Shown: in pieces, positions 1 to 13,331 of the stretch
How positions within the stretch are numbered: position 1 is the stretch's first letter
How the letters are laid out: each line of letters opens with the position of its first letter
NCBI GenBank assembly: GCA_964035545.1
Contig: OZ037765.1
Span: forward strand, 12,596,698 to 12,660,697
Direction: 5' to 3'
From: Bugula neritina
Taxonomy: Eukaryota; Animalia; Bryozoa
DNA length: 64,000 bases
Program-made: the position numbers and the translations under genes
Notes under the pieces: generated by a model
What the model saw: the letters and a program-made list of their open reading frames with translations, nothing else
The model's database searches: none
Told to the model about the DNA's origin: nothing

Positions 1-2895
1 TAAGGAAATTCAACTTCATTGAGCCATCTGCACCAAAAGAAGTGGCTGGAACTGTTTCAGACTTCTCTCCCATTTCAATATCACCTGCAGTAGGTTCTCG
101 CTTAGCTATACTGGAACCAGCTACTGACGCCCCGTGAAAAGTTGTCTGAGGGAATAAAATGCATTTATATTACAAACAGGTTCAAAACAAACCAGTAACC
201 AGTGCATGTTTGAGAATGTTTTCAACACATTTTGCTTTAGTTAATAGAAATTAGCCAACTATTATTATTAATGCTATGGGTTGAAAGATTAGAACTTGTG
301 GGGCAATAATAAATCTATTACTGATATTGGGTGGCAATCAGGCAGAAAATATTCAGGGTGTAGGAAACAGACTGCATAAATTATTCAAGCAGTAAATTAA
401 TGATCACATTTCAATTTGACAGCCAGAATACTGTTGCCACAGTTACAAAGGAAATCACATGATATCATGTGATTTCCTGTCTACAGCTGATCATTCTATC
501 TCAACACTCAACTATTTGCTCACATTTAAATATACAAACACACAGCTTATATAAACAGTTGAAGTGCTCTGCGCATAGCATACATCACACACAGAAAACA
601 GTTTAAAAGCAAAGGTTATTGCTAGAAATAATATCTCAACATAGAAATTGCGGTTCAAAGCAAGAGAAAAGTTAGTGCACCAGTCAGCTTGCTGGCAGCA
701 TAGTTAATTGTTAGACAGTAGGTTATTCAGTGCAGGCCTGAAGAGAAATCTGTGAAGAGGCTGCCAATAATCAGCAGCAACTCCTGGCAAAACTATGCTT
801 ACCTCAGCAATATTTTCAAGCTCCGATAGTTCGGATATCTGAATATATACAAGCTCATATAACATTTTATGTCAACTGATAGAAGGACATTCAACTTTAG
901 TAGTGACTTTCAGCAGTTTTATATATTAATAATTTGATATCCAAAATTAAATTATACCTCTTCCAGGAAGTGCTCTGAAGCCTTGAGTACCACCTGCAAC
1001 TCCATGAGCTCCAAATAATTAGATTTCAGCTGGTTTCTATTTGCATTCACATCTTTTAAATCACCTTCAAGCTTGCCCAACTCATCCTATGAACAGTGAA
1101 TTGATACATAAAAAAGCTTTTTCTTTCAGTTCACTTTGCAAAGTAACTTTTCACAAAAAACGAACTCTAGAGCACAATTTAAATACATTGTCATACAAAT
1201 GAATTTATAGACACAGTACCCCCCCCCCCCCATTTCACTCTGTCAAGCATTTATCATTCAAATAAATATTCCGGTGCATTTAAAGAAATTAAAAAATAAA
1301 GCAAAACTCATACAGACTATGAACATAGTGCAACCCTGAAACGAAAACCAAATCTCCATAGTGAATATATGTATTACTTAGAAAACAAGGCTAATGTGGT
1401 GTTTAAGATATATTGCATTATATATCATACTTATACAATAGTGTATATACAATCATGATTGTTTTTCACTCAGTTAATCAAATATCAAAAGTAGTTTTCC
1501 AAAAAAGCTTTCTCAATAAATCGATAGCTTAACAACTAACTTGAATATTTCTAATTTCCTTTGGCAATGGAGCAGCTGGAATTTGTTCCAAATCGGCTGG
1601 TTTTATCTTTTCTTTTTTAATCTCTCCTTCCAAAAATCTCAGTATTCTTTCCATTTCTTCACATTGTCTCACTTCATTAACAAACTTCCTCTGGAACGCA
1701 CTCAAGTCAGGATTTAGCTAAAGTTCAAATATTGAAAGATATTTTAATTGTGGATCAGTCAACTCATGCCTACCATGCAGTGTTTTGCTCAAAGGGCAGA
1801 CTTTCTACAACCTGTATTTACCATTAATAACAAATTTTCCGTTAAATTGTGCAGCTTTAAAATTTCCAACTATGAGGGTTTCACATTATCATTTAGTTGC
1901 TGAGAGTTGGAAGAAGCTCCTGAGATTCAACAAAAAATGTTATCAATGCTATAATCCATTATGAAAACACTAAGGTTATCTACCATTTGGGCAAATCTGC
2001 CTGGGTAAACATTTGATTTCATCAATTATTAGATTAGTCTTATCAGAAGAATTCTGTTAGAGAGGAGGCCATAGACTGCAACAGCTGAAGTGTGGGTGTG
2101 CAATGCCTGTCATGTTTTAATATATATTTGTCAGCTGGCAATCAATTTTGAAAGTTGCATCACATATTAAAGAATAGATGTGTTTCCAATGAAGGAAACT
2201 ATTGCACTATTGTAAAGCTATATATATATACACAACACTCTCTAACAATATAGTTTGAGTAAAAACCCTTAGGTTGTGTTTATAATAGCCCATTCGGTAG
2301 TTTGCAAGCCATTGATCACTGAATAACTACATTAAGTTTCCATGTAATAATACTATAAAGCAAAACAAAGAACTGGTACAACATTTGTGAATTAGTTCCT
2401 ACTTGATTGTCAGGCAACTAGCATGTATGTTACCAGCACAGCAGTCTTTTAAAGCCTAGAACCAAACTGATAGACCAGTCCTTTTGCATTAAACTTATTA
2501 TATTTTGAACTGCATTTCAGTTGTGAAACTTTCAAAATTCTACAATGTTTTTAAATAACTCAAAGGTTTCAGAGTTTCTATGATGAAAACCATACACGGC
2601 TGGTGACCAACAAGGCTGATACTCATTAATGAAATTCCACATAATAAAATTGATAGCTTCCCAAAAACAGTTTGGTCACAAGTCATTTTACTAACTACGC
2701 TACAACCAGATTTTGTGTAAATTTGCAACCTACGTCTTTAAATTGCAGCAGCCCAAGTTCACCGAGTTCTGCTATAACAGTATAAGCTGCCTCGGATTGT
2801 AAGAACAATTGGCAAAGAGTCATCTTCTCACTCCTGAACAGTGAATTATGTTCTTCATTAGATGAACATCCAGGGTAGCCAATACCGTTCCCCAT
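1..2895 (-). CDS. ATP6V0A: V-type proton ATPase V0 subunit a (116 kDa), 5' part; gene continues past the window start
   Basis: Exons 2895-2734, 1717-1541, 1086-958, 838-803 and 145-<1, all with GT-AG phase-0 junctions. Spliced product: ...[67 protein letters not shown]..., the diagnostic N-terminus of subunit a. Paralog not assignable. Confidence 0.96.
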
Positions 2896-3939
2896 TTTAC
2901 CTGAAATAAGAACATCATTTAAACATGATTATATATAAAAATTGTATTACTACTAGAGACAAGTTAAAATTTTCATGAGTATAAAAACAAAGCAAATAGA
3001 AAATGTTTAAAAATATACAACATATGTATATCCAAAATAATGGGAGATTTAAAAACATGATAGGTTTATAGTACAATGAAAAGATAAAATTCAACATATT
3101 TGTAGGATACGCCCAGAAGAGATTATTCGACAGCATTTTCACATTTATAAGATGCTGCCAAATAATAAAATTCTTCAGTAATAGTTTCTTACTATTGATG
3201 ACAAACACAATGTGACGCAACCTCAAGAAAATGAGGGTATATAGCTAAATTATGTTTACATCATCAAGCAAATAACATTTTCATTTGCTATTAGCATTGA
3301 TGTTAAATACATCTCCATAGTTTCAAGACAGCACAACACTTTATGTTCTGTGACTAATGCATGTGGTCGCAGTTATGAACAGCCAACAGAGTAGCAATTT
3401 TGTTAATGCATATCAGTGTAATTTGTGTATAAAGTCTAGAAACTATGGATCGCAACCAAAGTAGTATTTTACATAGCAAATTTTTTATATTTGAAAATAA
3501 AACTTTCAATTAGTATTACTCAAGCATCCATTAATTCTAGATGATGATTTAACAGAACCATACAGTGATTTTGACTTCCTGCAATATAAAATTTATTGTT
3601 CTGGTGCACCAAGTATATTTAGCAAATCTCAAACTTTCTAGTGACATAAAAAGCGCTAGGGGGCAAAAATTCTTTAAAGACTAATTCCTATGCCTTTTGA
3701 CACCCATTTTATATACTGCTAACTTTCTGGCATACTTGACATCCGACAGCTTTCTTCAATACATTCCCAAAGTCATATATTTTTACAGTCATGTTAATTA
3801 CACCCAAACTAACTCAAACTATCTATAAAATGTTTATAGTAAATTTATTTGTTCTAAAACGTTTAAATGTAGGTGTAGTGTAGATTGCATCAATATCACC
3901 TAATACTAATGATAGGTTAAAAGATTACAATTTGGTAAG

Positions 3940-6300
3940 TTACTACAAATAATAGTAATAGTAATACTAATAATAATATATAATCACTACCTGAATGTCT
4001 ATATTCTATAACATTAGCTCTATTAGCTTTAAGTATTGACTATGAAATTTGATAAGATTAAATAAAAATTCTGTAAATATAATTGCTATTGCCATTGTGA
4101 TTGGTACATGATTTAGACTATGCCAGGCTGTAAGAATTACTATTACTGTTGGTAATTGTTATATTATTAATAATATTGCCGTTTAAATTATATGTTGAAA
4201 TTATCTATCAGCCATAAATATAACAGTGACTCTGAAAATAGTTTAATCATTATAATTAAACCAAACTGGACTTTAATTTAAAAAAACATTGCTTTAAACT
4301 TAATATTATTGTAATCACCATCATGAGTATGGCTCAACCATGCATGGCACACAAATCACAATCCATAAAAATACACTAATACTTGAAAACACTATTAGTC
4401 TTACTCAATACTAATAAATAAATTTACAATGCATGATTTTGTTTCAATGTAACATAGTTATATTAAATGCTGAATTGATGATCATAATTATAATCATGAT
4501 TTTATAGTAGATAAATAGTCATTTTATTCTAATAATGCTGAAGTTGAAATGTAAATATAAAACATCTATTAGTTTTACTGAAAAATTGATAAATACCAGT
4601 TTTTAGCATTATTAGTAATAGTAACAGTAATAGAGTTTCAGTTAGACTTAAAGATAATAACATGTCCACTGACACCAACACTAACAGCAACATTAACCGA
4701 CACAGTAAAACTAAATGTACTTAAAATCAACATAAAGTTAAAATAATTCAATAATTTCAAATTGAAATTGTAAGTAAAACTAAAGTAAATATAACTATAA
4801 ACTAAAGTATAAACTAAAACATTAGAAACATAACTGACAATTTTTCAAATTTGTATAACCACTGAACTACTAAAACTTTTACTTCAATAACTATAATATT
4901 TCAATAGGCATAACATGAACATACTGAAACAGGGAATCAGAGTGTGATAGTGATACTGAGACTTTCAGTGTCAATGCGTGTATACCTGTATCTCAGCGGC
5001 TTTTATTTTCTGTTGTTGTGGCCTTAGATTCACAATATTAAATAATGCTTCAAATGAGGCTCCCGTACTTTCAAATATATTGGGAAAGATTTGTGTGACC
5101 TTTCGACCTCACGCCTGAAGAGATAAAAGTGGCGTTGCCACATTGCTCAATGGTTTTATACTTGATACTAATAACTTTATGAGCAGCTTCAAATTGGGGG
5201 ATGAATAAGTGCAGTAATTTGCCATTTTTAAGTTTAAAGTTGGAGGTTTTAAAAAGCCTCAACCCTAAATTTGAGAACAGTAAACTATTGCACTCAATAA
5301 CTCCCAAGTCTGAGTTGCTTTTAAACAAACTTGTACTGTCACATGCAGTTATAAAATGGTTGCAAGCATCATTAAATGGAGTTGTTCTCTCAAAGAAAAC
5401 AATTGTGAAACAATAACTCCGGAGTAAAAAAATTCTCGCTTGTTTGTAAGTGGACAGATCTAATATCTGCATGGTGATGGTCTTGTGACAGTTTGAATCA
5501 TTGCCATATTTCTTATCGTACTTAGCCTTGCAGTTATATTGGTAGATATTTTTGTAATTCACACTGCATCTTCATTTTGAGCATGTGATGTTTGTCAACT
5601 GTTCATTATCGAATAATGCCTCGTCATGTTCATGTTTTATTAGTATATTATATATTTATATTATAATTATACTAATAGTAATAATAATATAAATATGAAT
5701 ATGAATATCAATAATAAATAATTATAATACTTATTTAATAATAGTATTAAATATAAATTAAAGTTTTACTAATGTCTAATAGTAATACTAATACTAATAG
5801 TAATAGTAGTAATACTAAAATCTAATGCTAATGGTAATAACTAATAAGTAATACTAGTAGTAGTAGTACTAGTACAGTACTAGTAGTACTACTAATGCTC
5901 CTTGCTACTAAGTCTAACACTAAGTCTAACAGTAACAGTTATGCTTATACTTATACTAGTTATAGTTATGCTTAATCTTATAGAGTTATAGTTATACTAC
6001 TACTAATACTAATAGGTGTTATTTGGAGCTAGTGCTAATAGTAGTACTACTACTAATAGTTATAGTAATAGTAATACGATTTGTCGATTACTATTAGTAT
6101 TAGTATTATTCTAAGTATTATTATAACAATAGACTCAATAGAGTATAAGATTAAGAATGCTGTATAACCACATTGATAGTGATACTAATACTAATAGTAA
6201 TAGTTAATACTTGATGTTATAGTTATAGAATGTTATCATTTTGATATACATTTATCATCACTGACACTGTCACATTAACTGTAGACATTATTATTACTGG
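3940..6300. promoter_or_regulatory. AT-rich hexamer-periodic island with a more complex core (about 4980-5640); probable bidirectional promoter region of the V-ATPase a and ceramidase genes
   Basis: TAATAG/TAATAC/AAACTA-type degenerate hexamer runs flank the core. It lies between two divergent genes. Candidate 5'UTR donors: CAG|gtatac (-, about 4985) and |gtaagt (+, about 5446). The promoter role is inferred. Confidence 0.45.
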
Positions 6301-6924
6301 AAGCCATGTATTTATAACTTTTTGAATTTTGTGATATTTATAATCATTTTAATAAAATTAAATAGTTGGTTATATTATTATTTATTTATTTTGACAATTT
6401 TTATTCAGAAAAGTTACTATAGCCATTAGACATAGCTATAAGTTAAGTTAAGCATAAATTCGAATGTCATAAGTTTTAATCTGATCATTTTTATGTATAA
6501 TTTTACTTACTAAATTAAAAGCAAATCTGCTCCTTTTACGTGGACAAAATTAATTGCCATTACAAAATAATACAGAATAAAAAAAAAAAAATTACCTGAA
6601 ATCTTGTTGAATGGCTTGGGTTAGAGCCAGTATTCTATTGATGCTCTGGTTGTTCATATTATAATTATAGTCTTAAGAATAAATGTGGCTTTATATTTAC
6701 TTATAATAATTTTGACTGCGATGCCAGAAGAAACCAAAAATAAATTGTTATACTTGGAATAATCTATCCTACCTGTAATTATGTTTTATGTATTTATTAT
6801 ATGAACAACGTATAAAGTTAAATTTAATTAAAACTTGCTATGCCAATCAATAATTTTACTTTTAATTTTGAGTTTGCCATAATTGATGTAGTGAAAGGTA
6901 GTTGTAGAAATGTAAAATAAAATG

Positions 6925-6939
6925 ATATGTATATATATA

Positions 6940-6971
<32 letters not shown>

Positions 6972-6988
6972 TGCGTGCGTGTGCGTGT
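6925..6988. repeat. Compound alternating purine-pyrimidine microsatellite (TA)n(TG)n(TGCG)n
   Basis: Directly visible: atatatatat gtgtgtgtgt gtgcgtgcgt gcgtgcgtgc... Confidence 0.95.
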
Positions 6989-7449
6989 TTAAAAGACAAA
7001 TATATACATATCATTGTATGTTATGCATGTGCATCAGAAATCAATTTTTTATAAAAGTGCATTGTGTAAGTTCGGATAATACATAAAATATGTTTTTGAT
7101 TGCATTTTAATTGTTTTACATATTTAAATATATATTTTTACAGTGCAGTAAACACTGTTTTTGGTTTACTGGTATGCCTCGCGTTTAAGCCAGAATGAAT
7201 GTTTCGTTGTAACATTGATGATTAGCCATTATTTGGACTCAGTGAATAAAAAACAAGATGGACTTTCAGAATTCGGACCAAATTTTTCACAATGAGATGT
7301 GATAAAACATGATGATATTTGTATGCATGTCAGAAATTTAATCGTACTGGAGCAAATCTCGATTCACACAAAACATTGTTTAGACAAACTAGTCAAGATT
7401 CAACGCAATTGTGTCTTATGAGGCTTTTGATATACACTTTAGGTTCGAG

Positions 7450-10400
7450 ATGATTAAGCCTCGAGTTTGGAGTTTGCTGGTATGCTGCAGCATAGTCTTA
7501 GCCCTAGGGGCTGATGCTCTTGACACAAATTATGTGGTCGGCACTGGAATATATGATGTCACAGGACCAGCTGCTGAAATCAACATGGTAATATGCTCCA
7601 CTTACATTACTAAAGCCAAGTTGCATCTTTTAGGTTTTGTATTATATCCTTGTGTACCATTAATAATAGTCGGCTCAAATTTTGTGAATGGTTTTTGTAC
7701 ATCTGTGATTGCTTAAACATTTTTTGTGTGCCATTCTTCAAAAGTGAATTGAAATTTATTTCGCCTCATTTTTTAGCTTAAAATTATTTTCAACTAGCCA
7801 ATTAAATTGTTATTTTAATGTTTGAATTTTCATTATTTCATCCAAATTTAAATCGCACATACACGGAGCACTTGCAGTACTAATTTCATTTACTTTAGAT
7901 GGGTTATGCCAAAGGATCACAAAAGACTAATGGCATTCACCTTCGACAGTATAGCAGAGCTTACGTAATTGCCGACAAGCAAGAAGATAAGCGAGTGGTA
8001 TTTGTTAGTGTGGATGCATGCATGATATCAACTCTTGTCAAGGCACAGGTAAACAAATCTCTCCTAAATCCTGATAATATTATCTGTTTGAGATCTATCT
8101 ACTGGTGAAATATGGTGCCATCATCTTCCTTTCATGCGGTTATCTGGTTATGCAACATGATTATACCTGGCTGTAATAATATTACAGAAAAACGCACTAA
8201 AAAAATTAAAATAAAAGTAACTATTGGACATTTTACTACGAAATTTTGGACTGTTATATTCAACATAAATAATCCATTGTAGCTGACATTTATGCAGTAA
8301 ATCTTTCTTGCCAGTTGAATGTGGACCAAGATAGTTTGTGTTCTGGGTCCCAATGTGAACATATTTATTAATTCTGACAAAATACTGGTTAAACACTTTT
8401 TGTTAATGAATGAAAATTTTAAGAAAGCTCAGGTTAAAACTCAGTTACTTATTACTCTTTGACGCCATATTTCACTATATTACTGTATATCTCAGAGTCG
8501 ATTTTACCTATGAAAACCTCATTTTAGGTCATAAAGAAGATTTCTGCCTTATACCCAGGTGTTTACAATGAGACTAATGTGTGCATTAGTGGCATTCATA
8601 CACACTCTGGGCCAGGAGGTTTTCACCAATATATTCTTCTCGACGTTACATCGCTTGGATTTGTTCAGCAGAGCCTGGATGCTCTTGCAGAGGGAATTGC
8701 TTTGGTAATTATAGATATTTTGAGTCTTTCTAGTCCGATTCTCATACCGTCAAAATATTTGCAGAAAAGCATATTTTTAAATAATATTTTTAAAAAATGG
8801 ATTAGGCAACTTTTTCTAATGTCGGATTAATTGTTTACTTGTTGTTATTTAGAGTATAGATAAAGCTCACAAATCAATGAAACCGGGGAATTTGCATGTC
8901 GCAAGTGGGGAATTGGTTGGAGCCAATATTAACAGAAGTCCTACATCATATGCTAACAACCCTGCTAAGGAAAGAGCCATGTACAAATACAACATCGATA
9001 CCACCATGACTGTGGTTAAGATTACAGATGAACACAATGGAGATGTTGGAATGATAAGGTGGTTTTTAAAATCAGTTTTATACTAATAGAGTTTGAAAGT
9101 TATGCTTTTCACAAAGTTTACAAAGTACACACACACGCACGCACAGGCTGGCATCAGAGAATTATCCACAGGCTTCATATATGCCAATATCACAGGATCC
9201 AAGTCTAACTGAAAGAGAATGGTCAATAAATTGTTACTGTGAATGTTGATCAGTTAATAAAACTCCTTTCCATTTTATAAGAACCTTTCTATGCACATAC
9301 TAGCTTCCAACTATATGATAAAATTGTCTCTCATAGTTGGTTTCCTGTGCACTGCACCTCGATGAATAATACCAACGGCCTTATATCTGGAGACAATAAG
9401 GGTTTGGCATCTCATCTTTTTGAAAAAGATATGAACCCTCGAGCCTTGCCCCATGAGGTTGAGTTTGTGGCTGCCTTCGCTCAGGCTAATGAAGGTGACG
9501 TGTCCCCTAACACCAAAGGACCTCATTGTATGGACACTGGACTCCCTTGTGATACAGAACACAGTACATGTAATGGTAGAGTAAGTAGAAATTCTATACC
9601 AGTATATTTGCCTGAGTTTTAATTTGCTTTCATTTAGTCCTAACCTCAAAGTTTGTAAGTTGTTTTTGTAAATAAATACGTTATTATAATTGTGTTAGAG
9701 AGCCAGTGCAAATGTTACTAATGCTAAATTATGTCAAATTTCCAGTTATTTATATTTTATATTGATTGAAAAGTCAACAATTTTGTACTTTGATACTAAT
9801 TTGACTTTTTTTGTTTTTTTCTGGTACATCCATGCGAATATTGTGGTATGTTGATATATCAAGTTTTCTGCAATATGAAGAAATGTAACATCATTAAAAG
9901 TTCTATGGTAAACCTCTGAGTTTAGTACAAAGTTGAATAAAAATAGCGTCAGTTATCATTTCTACTTGATTCTCCTGATTGATGTTTGTTATAAATATAT
10001 CTACTAAGTGAGAAAATAACTGTTGCTTTCAGTTTTATTGGCAAGTATAGTTATAAAATATCCTATGACTATACTTAGAGTTGTGATTATTGTCAGCTCA
10101 ACAATATGAAATAGTGTGATAAATATCAGCTAAAGGTTAGTACGATGTTAACACAACTAAAAATACTTGTGTTGTGTAACAGTAGGATAACATCTGCTGG
10201 TGAAGAATATCACTACATGAGTGTAAAAGGCTGCTTTGTTTATATTATAGGACACTATATCATTCTTTGTAGTTTATAAATACAACACAGTTCAAAGTTT
10301 ATGAATGTAACTAAATTGTGGAGACTGTTATTCACAGATTGATGCCCAATTCTGGTTGAGTTGATGATATATTGATTTGATTTTAAACACAGAATGAGAT

Positions 10401-13331
10401 GTGCGTAGCCTCAGGTCCTGGAAGAGACATGTTTGAGAGCACCTTAATCATTGGTAGCAAGCAGTATGAGAAAGCCAAGGAGTTGTACACACAAGCTAAC
10501 ATTACAGGAATCAAGCTGAGTGGTCCGATAGATTTTCGACATCAGTTTGTTGATATGTCAAAGCAAGAGTTGAAGTTGGAAACTGGTGAAATGGTAAATA
10601 GTCCTCGTGTAACCCTTCTTGCACGTAATATTGCACTCTGTATTATAAGTATCAGTCTTATCTCTTCTATTTGGAGAAAATGTCTTTTGTCCTGGTATAG
10701 TTCTTATATACATTTATTTTTATAAATTTTTGGTCACGGAGTTTTGTCTTACTATGAGTCTCAGTGGTCTTGACTATTTTACAGGTAAAAACCTGCCCTG
10801 CCGCTATGGGTTACAGCTTTGCTGCTGGTACCACTGATGGGCCCGGAGACTTTGACTTCACTCAAGGTACCAACTCTACTAACAAGTTCTGGAGCTTTGT
10901 CAGCCAGTTCATCAGTAAGCCGTCGCCTCAACAAGTCGACTGTCAGAAACCAAAACCCATCCTGCTAAACACTGGAGAGGTAAGTGAACTCATCTGCTTT
11001 CTCTAAGTAACTTGAAGTTTTGTTATTATATTCCAATATCAATCAAAATCATCGAGTGTAAGTTAGAATAATAATTAATCATTGGAAATTAAATAATAGA
11101 TAAACTATAAAAGCTACATCTATTTTGCTACCTTGCTAGATTATCTTATTCTAAGACTTTGTAATGATGTTTGGCTTACAGTCACTATAGTTTCACTGCT
11201 TACTTGAATGTTTTAATTAATAAATAATTAAATATCACTTTCTCTTTCTAGGTCAACTTTCCCTATGCATGGCAGCCATCTATAATACCCATACAGCTAC
11301 TGCGAGTCGGTCAGCTTGTCATAACCTCCCTTCCTGGAGAATTCACCACCATGTCTGGTCGGAGAGTTCGAAATGCCCTTACAAAGGTCATTATTTCTAT
11401 TGAAGGACAACCAATCTCTTAACATCCGGTTTTCTAATTTATTTATTGTGCATAGATTTACTTTTTGCATCACATATTACACAGCAATTTATTATATCAT
11501 TATATTGCATTTTGTATGTAAATAATGATTCGATTATATATAGCAATTTTATCTCTTTTAATTCCGTATTTGTGATGATGGTTGTTTTTAGCATTATTGT
11601 TATCTGTCTCATGTGGTAATTTGAGGTATTTGTGTTGATACAGATATTTAAAGAAGATGGAAAGATTGCTAACGCAACCGTTGTTCTTGCCGGACTGTCT
11701 AATGCGTATGCAGATTACATAGCCACATTTGAAGAGTACCAAAAGCAGAGATATGAAGCTGCATCTACCATATACGGTCCTCACACTCTCTCAGCTTACA
11801 TTAACCTCTTCAGTAAGATGGCAACTATGATGGTGCAGGTAGGCTATCAGTTCTAGGCTAGCTCTTGCATATTATAACTCAAATAATTCTATTAGTAGGT
11901 ATCTAGTATACCACTATAATATTATAATATTTATTCATTGCTATATTCTGTTATATACTCATTGCTACACTATGTTATATACCCATTGCTATATTATGTT
12001 ATGCACTCATTGCTATACTATGTTATATACTCATTACTATACTATGTTGTATACTCATTGCTATACTATGTTATACACTCATTGCTATATCATGTTATAT
12101 ACTCATTGCTATACTATGTTATATACTGCAGGGTAAACCAGTTGCTGCTGGTACTGCTCCTCCAGACTTGCTGTCGAAGCAGCTCTCCTTTGTGCTGCCG
12201 GTAGTCATGGACTCTGTGCCGTTTGGTGCTGAATTTGGTCAGCCAATAACTGATGCACAGATGGTTTATAAACAGGTGCGTAGCACACAGTATGCGTGCT
12301 GTATAGATTGTAAAGCCAGGTGTAGTTAAATAATTTTACCAAAAAAATACAATAGCTTATCTAACCATGGATGTCATTTCAGTTTTTAAATAATAAATGT
12401 ATACGATCAATCAGTTGCTAACATCAATCAGTTGCTAACGGAATGTTGCTGAACCTTTTTAGCATCTAATCTTCTAGTCAGCAATTAATAAAGTTTTATC
12501 AGACTATACGTATCTACATTTCATATAATGAGTATATATGAAGCCAATGACAATACTAAATAATCTATGGGTAACAGGGCTTATTGCTTGAAATTGCTGC
12601 ATCACTTGTTTTAGAAAGTTGTTCATATTTTGTGACAGGGAGACCTGGTAACTGTGACATTCAACTCAGCTGACCCCAGAAACAACCTAATGACTATGAA
12701 TAGCTTTCTGGCTGTGGAGAAAAGATCAAGTGATGGAAGCTGGGAGGTCGTCTACACTGACAGCCATTGGGTTACAAAGTATGCTTTAATTTTATGATAT
12801 CACATAGTTGATTTGAATGATTAGATCTATGTTAAACTGGTTGTCTTAAGTTCCAAGTTGGTTTTTCTTTTTAGTTAACATCTGCTAGCAGAATCACCCT
12901 AGTCACTTTACCTATGCTTGGTCTAATAATATCTTAATGCAATTTCTCTGCTTATTGGCTCGCTAGGAAGTATTATAAGTAACAGCCTACTAGACTACAA
13001 GTAACATATGCTATACAGATCTCCGTTTATTCTGTTTAAGTTTGGGATTATAGTGATTGCTGTATGTTGCAGGTTTGAGTGGATGCGTACAGAGACATTG
13101 CTGGGCAGGAGTAGTGCTGCTATATCATGGCAGACTGGCTCAGACGAGCCTGTGGGGATGTACAGGATACGACACTCCGGTTATCACAAGCCTCTCTTTG
13201 AAGACCCTCAGCCGTTTACTGGTGTAAGCCGAACCTTTAAAGTTGTTGGGAAATCAAAGTCGTACAAATCATACGTAAATTTTGTACACAAAAATCAAAA
13301 CCGCGTTATGGCATATCAACCATTGGAGTAA
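7450..13331 (+). CDS. ASAH2: Neutral ceramidase (secreted type)
   Basis: Exons 7450-7587, 7899-8048, 8528-8704, 8853-9058, 9337-9580, 10393-10593, 10785-10979, 11252-11386, 11644-11838, 12132-12275, 12639-12778, 13073-13331; phases consistent. Motifs DVTGPAAEINMMGYA, HTHSGPGG, NRSP, VHCTSM, GDVSPN, MGYSFAAGTTDGPG, PGEFTTMSGRR, RYEAASTIYGP. N-terminal signal peptide. Confidence 0.97.
11936..12127 (+). repeat. 24-bp minisatellite x8 (consensus CATTGCTATACTATGTTATATACT) in ceramidase intron 9
   Basis: Eight tandem units with 0-3 substitutions each, ending just before the CAG acceptor at 12129-12131. Confidence 0.95.

Noticed and set aside
2915-3226. Hydrophobic ORFs in AT-rich introns and intergenic DNA (also 8132-8396, 26623-26967, 50058-50342, 56246-56440, 59315-59599)
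   Set aside because: F/I/L/Y/N-rich composition is expected from AT-rich non-coding DNA; no motifs or splice support.
11938-12204. 88-aa YSLLYYVI-repeat ORF, and a superficially CRISPR-like array
   Set aside because: It is the translation of an intronic 24-bp tandem repeat with no unique spacers, in a eukaryotic context.
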